From Antedon mediterranea (Eukaryota > Animalia > Echinodermata), in contig NC_092672.1 in NCBI RefSeq assembly GCF_964355755.1, forward strand, positions 36,958,437 through 37,022,436: DNA of 64,000 nucleotides, written 5' to 3'. Below the pieces are notes generated by a model. That model saw only the letters and a program-made list of their open reading frames with translations. It was not told the DNA's origin and did no database searches. The position numbers and the translations under genes were made by a program. Of the stretch, positions 13,401 to 26,100 are shown piece by piece (the stretch's first letter is position 1; each line of letters opens with the position of its first letter).

Positions 13401-16400
13401 ACCTTCGTGACGTTTCGCCGACAATCTGTCAGCTGCTTCAGACTAATGCCTGGGTTGGAATGGTCTGGTTTTTTGTAAGTGACGCTGAACAGCGCCACCA
13501 GCCGTCTGGTTGGTATTGACGGTAGAGCGTCTCCGCTGGCCCCCTCCTGCTTCAACTTTTTCCAGCAAACTATCATATGTATGTGGGAGGTCATACCCAC
13601 CAATGTCTCTGTTGATATTATGTGGTCTGTGGTATGCTCAGTAAGGGGTTGAACTATGCGGTTAGCGGTGATCGAAACAACAGCAGGTCCATTGAAGAAA
13701 TAATTGTTTCAACGGAAATGATATGTAAATTGGATAGCATACCGTTGGAAGAGAAGGATACCATCAGAGGAAAGGTAACTAGCATTCTTAAATCATCTAA
13801 ACCCCCACTCCCCAATTTAAGTAGAACAGAAAGAAATGCTTTAGAAGGGTTAAAGAAAGATAAAGAAGTGATGGTATTGCCAGCTGACAAAGGGCGTGCA
13901 ACGGTGGTTATAAACACAGAGGATTATGTAAATAAAGTCAATCGAATGCTGAGTGATAAAAAGGTATATGGAAAGTTGACTACCAATCCGACCAAAAAAC
14001 ACAAGGAAAAACTAATAAAGACACTGGGTAGATTTTTAAAAGAAGAAAAGATCACATGGGCACAAAAATGTAGTTTGTACCCCACCGCAGAGGTAGTACC
14101 TAGAATTTACTGTCTGCCAAAAATCCATAAACCTGACTGGCCTCTCAGACCTATTGTTGACAACATCAACTCTGTTTTTTATCACGTGTCTAAGTTTATC
14201 GCAAAGGAGGTGTTAAGCCCCTTGGTTGGTCTAAGTAAATATCATGTGACCAATGCGAAAGAACTGGCGGAAGACCTAAAACAGTTGATACTCCTGGAAA
14301 ATGAGGTGATGGTGTCTTTTGACGTCATCTCGTTGTTTACAAAAACACCCACAGGCCAAGCCTTGGAGGTTGTAAGATCATACTTGGAAAAAGATACAAC
14401 ACTACATAAGAGAACGAAATTAACAGTAGAAGACATCATGGAACTCATCTACCAGTTAATTAATGCGACATATTTCACATTTCAACAACAGATTTATGAA
14501 CAGCACGAAGGTATTGCAATGGGATCTCCGGTAAGCCCTCTGATAGCGAATATCTATTTAGAATGGTTAGAAGAGGAAGCCATTAAGAGCGCAGATAGAA
14601 CCATCAAACCACGTTTTTGGAGACGGTATGTTGATGATGTTTTTGCCATTGTCCATAAAGATGCACCTCTCCCCCTCAATCGCCATCTTGATAGCATTGA
14701 CCCGTCGGGCAACATCAAGTTTACCACAGAAATAATGTCAGAGAAACAAATACCATTCTTGGACATGATTATCACGATTAAACAAGATGGAACACTCGCT
14801 ACCAAGGTATACCGAAAACCAACTCACACCGACCAATACTTGGACTTCCACTCTAATCATCCCTTAGAACACAAACTAAGCGTGGTTAACAAAAGTCAAA
14901 AAACAAACCAGAAGAACGCCAAAGAAAGGAAATGGAGAAGATGAAAGCTCACATAGGTATCCCATACATACACGGAATTTCTGAAAAGATTCGACGCACT
15001 TTTGCTAAGCACAAAGTGAACACTTTCTTCATTCCAAGTAATAAATTAAAGAATGGACTGGTCCACCCAAAAGATAGAATAAAAACGGTAGACATGTGCG
15101 GGGTTATATACGAAGTGAACTGTCTAAACTGTGAGAAAGTATATATAGGAGAGACCGGAAGGGCACTGAATACAAGAATTGGGGAACATAAAAAAGACGT
15201 ATCAACACACAACCAAGTAGTTAGAACACGTGCAAATAGAAATTCTTCATCCAAGGTTTTACATAAGTCAGCCATAACTGACCACGCTATAGGGAATGAC
15301 CATATTCCAAATTGGAATGCGAGAGTTATTGAAAAAGAAGCACAGACAGACAAAAGAAAGATAAAAGAATCTATCTGCATAAGAAAAAGACCACATAATA
15401 TCAACAGAGACATTGGTGGGTATGACCTCCCACATACATATGATAGTTTGCTGGAAAAAGTTGAAGCAGGAGGGGGCCAGCGGAGACGCTCTACCGTCAA
15501 TACCAACCAGACGGCTGGTGGCGCTGTTCAGCGTCACTTACAAAAAACCAGACCATTCCAACCCAGGCATTAGTCTGAAGCAGCTGACAGATTGTCGGCG
15601 ACACGTCACGAAGGTAATTTTATTCCTTTTCGGTGTCTTGGTTTAACATAAAAGTAAAAATCCACAAAAAAAGTTTATATAATGTTTAAATGGCCTTTTC
15701 ATAGTGTTATTATTTAAACCAATTTCAAATCTTTCATTCATTAACTATTTGACAATAAAGTTATCTTGTATCTTTTATGTAAACTGTTTTCAATTTCCAT
15801 TTTGGTGAGCCACTTGACAGTGATACATTTCGCTTTTTGGTTAACAAGTCTATTGGATTTTGAACTCTTTTCTTTTGTTATTTATTTGTTCTTTTCTGAC
15901 ATCAGGAAAATAGATGCATCTTTTAAAGACACCTTCCCTACAATTTGTGATGTTTTGTAAAAATAACACATATATATTACTTTAAAAACATTAAACCAGG
16001 TCATTCCTTGTCTTAAATGTACGTTTTATGGTAAATTATGATAAAAAGTGAGAAACAATGCACTACCTAAGTAGCTCACGGTCTTTAGGCCTAGCCTAGC
16101 TAGGCTTAGTTTTGTAGGCCTAGCTGGTAAACATCGGTAACGTACGAACATCGTACGCTAGCTATATACATAGCCCGACGTTATATAGTTGCTGCATTAA
16201 TTGTCTTTCTATTTTTGCCAGACTCCGTTGATACAAATTGGGGAAAACCTGGTATTTTTGCTGAAAAGTTAGGAGTCTTCCATTTGTTTTGGCCTCGCGA
16301 TCGATCGAAAAGTGGGTTAATTACAGAAGAAAAGCAGAAATATCAATCCGCGCGCAATGCATTTTGGGATTTATAGCGGGCCGCTATCATTATTGGAATC

Positions 16401-18417
16401 GACTTACTTTTCACATTTTTAACCATTTAAAGACAAAATAGGTTATCGCAATAGGAGTATTATTTTTACATTAAATATAGTTTGTGATCTTAAAATAGAT
16501 CTAAAAAACGTAGGGAAGGCGTCTTTAAACAAATTCTTAGATTACAGTTAAATTCTGCTACAGTAGTAGACGGACATTTTTACCGGTTTGATTAGCAAAA
16601 CCCATGTAAAGCTCTGTCTACACTATCAAGCTTTATGTGATGTGCCCATATTCTAAACCCATGTAAAGCTCTGTCTACACTATCAAACTTTATGTGATGT
16701 GCCCATATTCTTGATATGATGATGTTACAGGAAAAAATTTCATTTAAAAATTTTGTTTAGCAAAATTACTAATCAAACTGATTGTTGAGTCAAGAAACAT
16801 AGTTTTGTATTGCATTTTTTTTGCTACACAATTTGCGAAATATGTAGCAATAGGTTGTTTTGTATAGGTTTTTGCTATGCTACACTGGCAAAATTATTCC
16901 CTGTGTTATATCACTAACATATTTGGTCACATCACTAACATATTTGGTCACATCACTAACATATTTGGTCACATCACTGCCATATTTGGTCACATCACTG
17001 CCATATTTGGTCACATCACTAACACATTTGGTCACATCACTGCCATATTTGGTCACATCACTGCCATATTTGGTCACATCATACTAGTTTGATAGTAGAC
17101 AGAGACTAACTCCATAAAACTTTGTATATACATACCTGTTTGCCTATCATTTTGCCAACACGTTTTGTTGGGAATTCAAATTGATAAACAGTTTGTAAGC
17201 TGTCAGGGTTTGTGGTTGATGAAGACGGCATGTTGGTAGAACCACGACCACTGTCAGTTGAACCCTCGCTGTTTACTTCTGAGCCCTGGTCAGATTCAAC
17301 ATGGTTACTAAAAGATAAACCAATCAGCAGCAAGTTAGACCCTTTCGCTGAATGTACAGCACATTATATAATGCACCCTCCACATATTGATACCCACTAG
17401 TAAAGTCAAGTTGGACACCCATTTTAAACAATATAATGTTGATTAAATTGATACTGTAAGTTGATTGTTAAATGAGTTGATGTCTTAATTTATGCACTTT
17501 TCAATTGTATGACCCACTATATGATCCCCGGGAGAGGTGCGTCGTGTACAAATAATTATTGACGCAGGGGTGCGCCAAAAAACCTAGATGGTATGTCACA
17601 TCAATGAACAATGGTGTGTCAATGTCTTTACCACCCACCATATCATAAACAACATGGTTACACTTACAGTGCATCAAAATGGGTGCTATTCATAAGGTAT
17701 GATGAACATTATATATGACAAATGACGCACCTCTCCCGGGGGTCGTATAGTGTCAATACAAGTGCATTATTATTTCTAAGCTACAAAAGTTTTAAAAAAA
17801 GTACAAGTTGATTAATAATTAAGTTGATTTTCTCACCCTTCCTTATCTTTTGAATGCAATTCAATAGGTGAATTCAAATCTATTTCAGATGGAATTGTAT
17901 CAACTTCATTTGCCCAATTTAATGTTTCCGATGTTCCATTTATGTTGACATCTTTCTTTACCTCATCTGATAAAGTATCTTCTTGAATAGATTCCGTTAG
18001 CTGCTGACTTGCATTTGATGAACTAATTTCTGGTTCTAAAACTTCAGGAGCTTGATTAGCTAGCTCACAATTGTTTTCTTTTATTACAATTTTCTCAACA
18101 ACTAACTCTGTGTTCTCATTATTTAACAAAAAATCATCTTCAAATTCAAAGTTGTTCAATTCTTTTGAAATTTCTGATAAGTCTGTATCGTGCTTTGCAC
18201 TGAGTTCGTTACCGAGAGAATCATCATTCTGAATTTGTTTTGAGTTCTCTGGTTTTGAATTTTCAGCGTTTGAAATTGTGTCCTGTTCATTAATACGCTC
18301 AGATGACTTATCAATGCTCTTTTTTGATCGTCGCTTTTTATACGCATAGATGCCTATGAGGCCAGCAGTAACAAAGGCACCGCAGGTTATTGCCCGTGTA
18401 TAACGTAATTGTGCCAT
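10480..18417 (-). CDS. AKAP1: A-kinase anchor protein 1, mitochondrial-like (N-terminal TM, KH, Tudor); 8 coding exons
   Basis: Exons 18417-17837, 17307-17136, 13257-13161, 12685-12567, 12188-12008, 11619-11404, 10962-10823, 10551-10480 join in frame with GT-AG ends. Motifs: mitochondrial anchor AITCGAFVTAGLIGIYAYKKRR, SEGSTDSGRG, KH VGKMIGKQGRSIKNLKEKSGA, HVFVQQPLHPSFRALPRL, Tudor WCRAQI...VDYGGY...RQIRSDFMSLPFQA, INQVLVERGLVSW. Confidence 0.92.
11035..11133. mobile_element. Short PIF/Harbinger-like MITE, family 2
   Basis: TAA-AGCTTGGTT...AACCAAGCT-TAA; related copy at ~52313-52421 (AGCATGGTTCCCAC...GTGGGAAGCAAGCT). Confidence 0.55.
13402..13447 (-). ncRNA. Minimal type I hammerhead-like motif in the inverted Penelope pLTR (A9C variant)
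   Basis: Minus strand reads tagt-CTGAAGC-A-GCTGAC-agatt-GTCGGC-GAAAC-GTC-acg; the twin at 15575-15607 (+) has GACA instead of GAAA. Confidence 0.6.
13622..14944 (+). pseudogene. Penelope reverse transcriptase (5'-truncated, frame broken by internal deletion near 14890)
   Basis: PADKGRATVV, YCLPKIHKPDWPLRPIV, SFDVISLFT, GIAMGSPVSP, RYVDDVF, FLD, VYRKPTHTDQYLDFHSNHPLEHK; the thumb segment expected after HKLSVV is missing. Confidence 0.88.
14932..15573 (+). pseudogene. Penelope GIY-YIG endonuclease domain (out of frame with RT)
   Basis: IPYIHGISEKIRR, GVIYEVNCLNCEKVYIGETGRALNTRIGEH, SAITDH, RKIKESICI, INRDIG. Confidence 0.88.
15927..16524. mobile_element. Non-autonomous TIR element with TTAA TSD (Kolobok/piggyBac type)
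   Basis: TTAA-AGACACCTTCCCTAC ... GTAGGGAAGGCGTCT-TTAA. Confidence 0.7.
16609..17104. mobile_element. Harbinger MITE family 1 copy with duplicated head, nested insertion and expanded 21-bp repeat
   Basis: Two tandem AGCTCTGTCTACACTATCAA heads; ~170-bp insert (~16727-16895, ends acaggaaaaaattt/aaattattccctgt); ~8 x catcactaacatatttggtca. Confidence 0.7.
17505..17762. mobile_element. Foldback/MITE-like element
   Basis: Inverted ends CACTATATGATCCCCGGGAGAGGTGCGTC / GACGCACCTCTCCCGGGGGTCGTATAGTG; no clear TSD. Confidence 0.6.
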
Positions 18418-19026
18418 CTCGCAAGAACCTAAGTTCTTATTAAAGTGTATGCGTAAAAACAACTCTTTGTTGTTTTTTTTTTCAGCAATCAAATCTTCAA
18501 TATGATCCTAAACAAGATTGGGATAAAAAAAATTACATAACATGGCAACATTTACAAAGCATATTTGAATGATGATGATAAGTCTGTGGAAAGATTTAAT
18601 TTTAAGACACTATTAATCGAATTCTAAGCAAGCCTGTGCCCTGTTATTTAACCACCAGTGAGTGGATGGCCAGTAGGTACCAGAATACGTTGTCGGATTT
18701 TGGCCTAGGCTAGCCACTACCCAGGGCCAGGCCTAGGATATTTGTAAAAACTTGTATAGGAATAAATTAGCTAAGCCCATAAGCTACCAACACTATTCAC
18801 AATCGTCCTCGCCACACAGTACTCAGCTCCGCCTACAAATCAACCGTGTGGTTGATTTTCCACACACAAACAGCATGCTGGACCCAAACTCCACGGATAC
18901 CATATTTTATTAAGAACAATTTCATACTAAATATAATTTATATTGTTACAATAATAAAACTACAATAATTACTAATATTCATTGTTTATTTCGAATAAAA
19001 ATTTACAATGCAATAAATACAGATAC

Positions 19027-19700
19027 CTGTTTCTTAGAAAGAGAATTTTAATACAATATGGCTCACTCCTTCAGACCACGACTCACACAAAAATTGCAAA
19101 ACCCACGTGCAACACAATCCCGTATATTTGCCACATTTGTCCACGCACCTATTAAACTAAGTATCAGTACGTTTGCGAATAAATTCTTTATTAATAAACT
19201 ATTAACATATATAAATTTTATCAAAATGTTCAAACTTTATTATAATTATATATTTTTTGGAAAATTACAATTTTTGTTATAAAATAGTATTTGAATTTAA
19301 TTTTTGTTAAACGTAAATTATTTGTAGTACGTTCCCCGATAACCTGCATCACCTCACCAACGTGTGTATTCAGCCGCAATATATTTTTTATTTAGATTGA
19401 CAATTGTGTGTTAATATATATACAAGTTGCATGAATCTAGATAATATTATTAATGTGGATAAATACATGTAAATAAAATGAACAAATTCATGATTAAAGT
19501 AAAAGAACTACTTTGTTATTGATCAAGAGTTCAATGTTTATATGGGTCCTGCGCCATCTACCGATGATCAATAAAATGTCAAAGTTCATCTGGAAAATAC
19601 AAAAAAATCATCAAGCTTGAAAAACGACACAACAACACAGACGAGAGAACGAACGACATTTCATCAGTTAAATTCCGCCAAGATAAATAAACGTACGTAT
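19027..19700. promoter_or_regulatory. Putative bidirectional promoter between AKAP1 (-) and ULK (+)
   Basis: Probable AKAP1 non-coding exon donor near 19026; ULK ATG at 20104; E-box CCACGTG ~19103; CTCF-like GCGCCATCTACCG at 19551. TSS positions inferred. Confidence 0.45.
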
Positions 19701-20103
19701 ACTGAATGCATTAATATAAAGTGTTGTATATTGATGTTGAATATTCACTTGTTCTATTTCTATTCACATCTTCTTAATCGTCGTTGTGTCAAAATAAATT
19801 GCTTTGTTTACTTCTTCAGTTACCCTCCCGTCTCACTCTCATCAGCTGAGATGGCATTGTTCCAGCAGGCAGCCTTGGTGGTTTAACCGCCTACATAACA
19901 GTTGCATCATATTAAATGAATAGCCTGTTTCGTTGGATGGCTTGACGACGTATTGTCAGTGTGTAATCAACGAGTCAAAATAGAAATGACGTTAAAAACT
20001 TGTATGACATTTGGAAATTGCTAATCAATTTTCGAGGGTAGTAACATTTTAATACAGTCTCATAAATTTGTCCTGGAACGAGTTGTTTGAAACAAAAGTC
20101 AAT

Positions 20104-23100
20104 ATGGAGTGTGTTGGTGACTTTGAATACAACAAAAAAGATTTAATAGGACATGGAGCTTTTGCCATTGTCTTCAAAGGCCGCCATAAAAAGGTATGGG
20201 CATTAACAAAAAATTATAATTTCATAATGAATCGTTACTGTACAGTACATCATCTTAAACTATGTCTTTTAGACTAGGTAGGCCTATTAAGTATTAATTA
20301 TCAATTCAAATCAGATATAATTAATTGTAACTTATTTTTTGAAGAACCATCAATCAGTCGCAATCAAATGCATTCACAAGAAGAATTTGCTCAAACCTCA
20401 AGCGTTACCAGAGAAGGAAATTAGTATCTTGCAGGTAATGTTATTGTTAGGTGCAAATATATTTTAAATTCAAATTGATGCTGTACACTGTAATATTTTT
20501 TGTTTATTGTATGAGATTATGTAATTTTAATTTATTTTTATTTAAATGAAATTTATATAAATTCATTTTATTTTAATATTTTTGTTTATTGTATGAGATT
20601 ATATAAATTTAAGTAATTTTATTTTTATACTGTATATATGTTTTTTTTCATCAATAATTTTATATGCAAATTATTACTACAAAATAAAATGAATAAAGAC
20701 CATAATATGATGGAAACCAATTATATAGTAGTATACCCAATAGGCCTATGTATGATCCAAAATGTGATGAGGTATGTTTAAAACATTTTAATCAAATTAA
20801 TAATTTCTATTTTTTCACTTGATTCTTATAGCAACTTAAGCATGAAAATGTTGTGGCTCTTTACCATTGTAAGGTGAGTAAATTTGTTTTTTTGTAATAA
20901 TTGTGGTTAAACATTCAATGAAATGCATTATTTTATTCTACTGAGTCATTTCTTGTAACCGTTAATATGTCTTGTTTGATTCTTTGTCATAATTCATAAA
21001 CAATTTTAAATGAAACAAAACATTTCACGCTATACTAGATTAGCAGGGTTAACAGAATACATATTTATATTTTAAATTTCATGTTTTCATTTTGTATCAA
21101 TAGTTTTAGCTTAAATAATTTTTTATGTAATTTATAGTTTAGTTATTTTGTCTATACAATTACGGAACAGATAGACATCCTTAAAATTGTTAAGGTAAAC
21201 AAAGATGGTTAAACCAAATCATATTTACAGGACCTATTTGATGACCCTGTCTATGTTGTCTATATAAAATGTTGTCTATATAAAATGTTGTCTATATAAA
21301 ATTTTGTCAATATTAATACAATTTCCCTTAATTTCAGAAGACAGGTATAAGGCCTATGGTGTTAACAAATACATATATGTCAATATATCCTAAAACAATT
21401 TAGTAATATTATGTAACAATCTTATATAACTTAATAGATTTTAGGTCAATAGGATGCTAGTAATAATACTAGAGTCCAAACTGTGTGATGTGCTATTTCT
21501 TTGTTCAGTCACTGGTTCTATTGTTGTGATATGAAATCCAGCAGCTGACCAAGGTTATTTATTAACTTTAAAAAGTCTTAAACATTTCATTTAACCTTGC
21601 CTCCATTATTATTATTATTGTTAGTCAGATAATGAATTAATTAATTATAGAAATTTAGACAAAGCATGTAAAATAGTGTATTTATTTTTAAAATGTATTA
21701 TTTATTATAAAAAAAAAGAGTTCCAATCTAAGTCCATTGTATCATACTGTACTAGAAGCCACTTTGTCTGTAGTGTAGAAGATCATAAATGAATTGTAGA
21801 CAAAGCTTGTGAAGTGGAATCCCTCCATTAGAAATCCTCCTTTAACAAAGAGTCTCTCAAATATAGGCCACACAAAGACAGTTAATTTATAAACTTAGTC
21901 AGACTAATCATTCATTATCTATTTTACAATCTTGGTAGCAACGGTTTAATTAAATACATTATTTTGTTGTTGAGAAATTGTTGAATGTTGTTAAAATTAT
22001 TCTAGGTGCTAGATTTGTCCAGTGGCTTGAAGGTTGAAAACAATAGAATTTATTTCAGTTTAACTGTATAAAGGTCATCCAGGCTTACAGGTCAACTTTC
22101 ATAGCTATGACAGGAGTGTGCTGCGGCTGTAGAACTTACTCAGGATTTATTTTAAATCACAATTCACAAACTAAAATGTAAATTATTCAAATTGAATGAG
22201 TAGTTTATGTTTTAGGATATTACAATACAATAGTAAAGCTCTGTCTGCGCTATCAAACTTTACGTGACAAAAATGTAATGTGCCCATATATGGACATGAT
22301 GAATGTCATATTACTACTATAGCACTACCATATTTGGGCACATCTTTTGGTTAAACTAGTTTGATAGTGTGGACAGAGGTTAACATTTATAAATAAACAT
22401 GTAATTAAAAATGATTAACAAATAAGAGTGACAGAATACTATACATTTTATATATGCATTTTTTTTACAAGAAAATATTTTGAAATATTGTTCTAAATTG
22501 TTATCTTTATTCCATTTATTTAAAAAGCAGCGTTAATAATCAGAAATACGTATTTCATTGTAAATGTCCAGGTCAGTGATTTTTCCAGGTCAGCCAAATC
22601 TGATCAACTGTCAAACTGAAGTGTAAACATAAATAATAGCTTATGCAAGGTTTTATGCATGAGCCTTTTTTGTTTCTATTGTTTACAAAACAGATGCTCA
22701 GGGTAGTAACGTTGCCATGGAAACAAGTTTGTGAATAAAACTGTATACATGAGTAAGCCTAGATTCATAACATGAACTTTCAGTATACTTTTTATTGTTT
22801 ACTATGAATTGTGATAAGAAATAAAAACATTTCAAAAAGTGATTTCTTTTAGGTGTTTTAAAATGATGTATTCTCTGTTTGTAGGTAACATCAAATTATG
22901 TGTACTTAGTTATGGAATTCTGTAATGGAGGAGATTTAGGAGACTACTTACAAGGTATGGGATATTATAAAATGTATCAGTATAAAAAAATATACATTAT
23001 ATTTTGGATAATGTTTAGAAAATTTAGTCAAATAAATAAATTAACTTGAAAAAAATAAATGAAATAATGCATTGCACAACGGATTATGTAAGAAATTAAG

Positions 23101-26100
23101 ACATTTCCAGATATCAATATCTTTTGACATAAAAACTAAGGAATGTGTAAATTTTTTCACACATTTGGTTTATTTTTTCAGCAAAGAAAACATTGAGTGA
23201 AGATACAATTCGAATATTCCTAGGACAGATTGGTAAAATAATGACTACTGTTTATCTTATTATTATACTTATCACAGCCCTGAATATAATTTATCATATC
23301 TAATCTCCATGACCTTTATATAATCCTTATTAAGTTTTATAAAACAACCTGATATTTTATGAGCTAATTTAATTATTTGAATTCTTTTTAACCCGCAGCT
23401 CAGGCGATGAAAGCGATGCGGTTGAAAGGCATAATTCACCGTGATTTAAAACCGCAAAATCTATTACTAAGTTACGTCAGTGAGAAGAAAGAGCCATTAC
23501 CGAGTGAAATTAGAATTAAAATTGGTGAGTTGTATCAGGGTGTCGCTGTTGCTGTAAATGTTCCAGTAGATGGCTGTAAGCCACCAACGTATACGGTGCT
23601 AAACAATTCAAAAGCCCTAAAATGATCATTTTAAGAAATATGCTATGACCTTATTTTGTCAAAGCACGGAGTTACACCTAGTAATATTACTAGGAAAATT
23701 TCCTGCAATGCGAGACAGGCAATTTATAGCTCCATGTATATGGGAATTTGACATAAAACATAAAATAGCTTAACTCTGACTCTATGATTAATCTTAGTTT
23801 CAACTCATTTAATGTCATTATAGTAGAATAACCTGTTACTATACTATCACAACCTAGTTGGCTTAATTGCACACATGTGTGGACAACACAGACAACTTTC
23901 ATCACATCTAAGGGTCCCCTCAGAGCTACCAAACAGCATTCATTCGTCCGTCACCTTCTCAGTTAACAAGTTTTCTTTTGTCTTTACAGCTGATTTTGGT
24001 TTTGCTAGATCTTTAAAGGGAGACACAATGGCTGTCACCCTGTGTGGCTCTCCTCTCTATATGGTGGGCATTTTATATTTCTTTATCTTTATATATTTTC
24101 AATTTATGTCCTGAATCAATGTCACACCTTGAAATATAGATTATTATTATATATTAGAGTTGTAGCTTGGTAGATAATTGCCTTTTAATCCCAAGATCCA
24201 GTGTTCAATCCTGACAGGATTGTATCCGATGATTGTTTCTACTCCACTATTAAACTTTATGTGACAAAAAGATGTGATGTGCCAATATATGGACACGATG
24301 ATGTCATATTACTACAATATTTAAGCATATCACTACCATATTTGGTTATATCACATTTTTTTTTGTCAAAACTAGTTTGATAGTGCAGACAGAGCTTAAG
24401 CCTCAAATGAGAGATTTTTTATAAGCATACTATAATTTTTCTATCCTGTAATTAATAAGTTATTTGCTGTTGGATGTATTTAAAAAGAAAAGTTAAAGTT
24501 AGAAGCATAAATAATTAAAGAATTTGAATAAATGAAAAAGTTTCAATTCACGTTGAAAAAATAATTGATATTCTTAGGCCCCTGAAGTGATCATGTCTCA
24601 GCAGTATGATGGTAAGGCTGACCTATGGAGCATTGGCACCATCATCTACCAATGTTTAACTGGTAAAGCACCATTCCAGGCCTCAACACCACAAGAACTT
24701 AAAACATTCTACCTCAAGTCTAAAAATGTGACTCCAAGGTGAGACAAGCAGCAGTATTATTGTATTTGGTTATAATCCCACAGCAGTACTTGGTAATCCC
24801 ACTTCCTAGTTCTTGTTTTTGGGTGTGACCTGTTTAAGTGTTATTAATATATAGTTATACACTATATGATATTGATTCCTTTTATTATCCAATATAATGA
24901 ACTAGTGTTGAAACTCGAAAGCTCTGTAATTTATTTCTGTTATTGCTGTTTTATTGTTTATTGTATCTCCATTGAGATCCAGCCACAGATACCTACAGCA
25001 TTGCCATTTTTTCAGTGCTTATTTTATTTTGTATCTTCATTGAGATCCATCCACTGATATATCGACAGCATTGCCAGTTTTCAGTGCTTATTTTATTTTG
25101 TATCTCCATTGATATCCAGCCACTGATACCCACAGCATTGTCATTTTGTATCTCCATTGAGATCCAGCCACTGATACCCACAGCATTGTCATTTTGTATC
25201 TCCATTGAGATCCAGCCACTGATACCCACAGCATTGTCATTTTGTATCTCCATTGAGATCCAGCCATTGATACCCACAGCATTGTCATTTTGTATCTCCA
25301 TTGAGATCCAGCCACTAATACCCACAGCATTGTCATTTTGTATCTCCATTGAGATCCAGCCACTGATACCCACAGCATTGTCATTTTGTATCTCCATTGA
25401 GATCCAGCCACTGATACCCACAGCATTGTCATTTTGTATCTCCATTGAGATCCAGCCACTGATACCCACAGCATTGTCATTTTGTATCTCCATTGAGATC
25501 CAGCCACTAATACCCACAGCATTGTCATTTTGTATCTCCATTGAGATCCAGCCACTGATACCCACAGCATTGTCATTTTGTATCTCCATTGAGATCCAGC
25601 CACTGATACCCACAGCATTGTCATTTTGTATCTCCATTGAGATCCAGCCATTGATACCCACAGCATTGTCATTTTGTATCTCCATTGAGATCCAGCCACT
25701 GATACCCACAGCATTGTCATTTTGTATCTCCATTGAGATCCAGCCACTGATACCCACAGCATTGTCATTTTGTATCTCCATTGAGATCCAGCCACTGATA
25801 CCCACAGCATTGTCATTTTGTATCTCCATTGAGATCCAGCCATTGATACCCACAGCATTGTCATTTTGTATCTCCATTGAGATCCAGCCACTAATACCCA
25901 CAGCATTGTCATTTTGTATCTCCATTGAGATCCAGCCACTGATACCCACAGCATTGTCATTTTGTATCTCCATTGAGATCCAGCCACTGATACACACAGC
26001 ATTGTCATTTTGTATCTCCATTGAGATCCAGCCACTGATACCCACAGCATTGTCATTTTGTATCTCCATTGAGATCCAGCCATTGATACCCACAGCATTG

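Larger units (their letters stand above)
13312..15671 (+). mobile_element. Penelope-like retroelement, 5'-truncated with inverted pLTR, in an AKAP1 intron
   Basis: 12-bp TSD agtttatataat (13300-13311, 15672-15683); 13346-13628 is an inverted copy of ~15387-15670 plus a 34-nt extension (13312-13345); RT and GIY-YIG ORFs inside. Confidence 0.93.

Noticed and set aside
13370-13603. 77-aa ORF duplicated at 15413-15646
   Set aside because: Alternative-frame reading of the inverted pLTR copies.
14890-14944. Programmed frameshift between RT and GIY-YIG
   Set aside because: The conserved thumb/linker segment is missing at this point, so a deletion is the simpler explanation; Penelope normally has one ORF.
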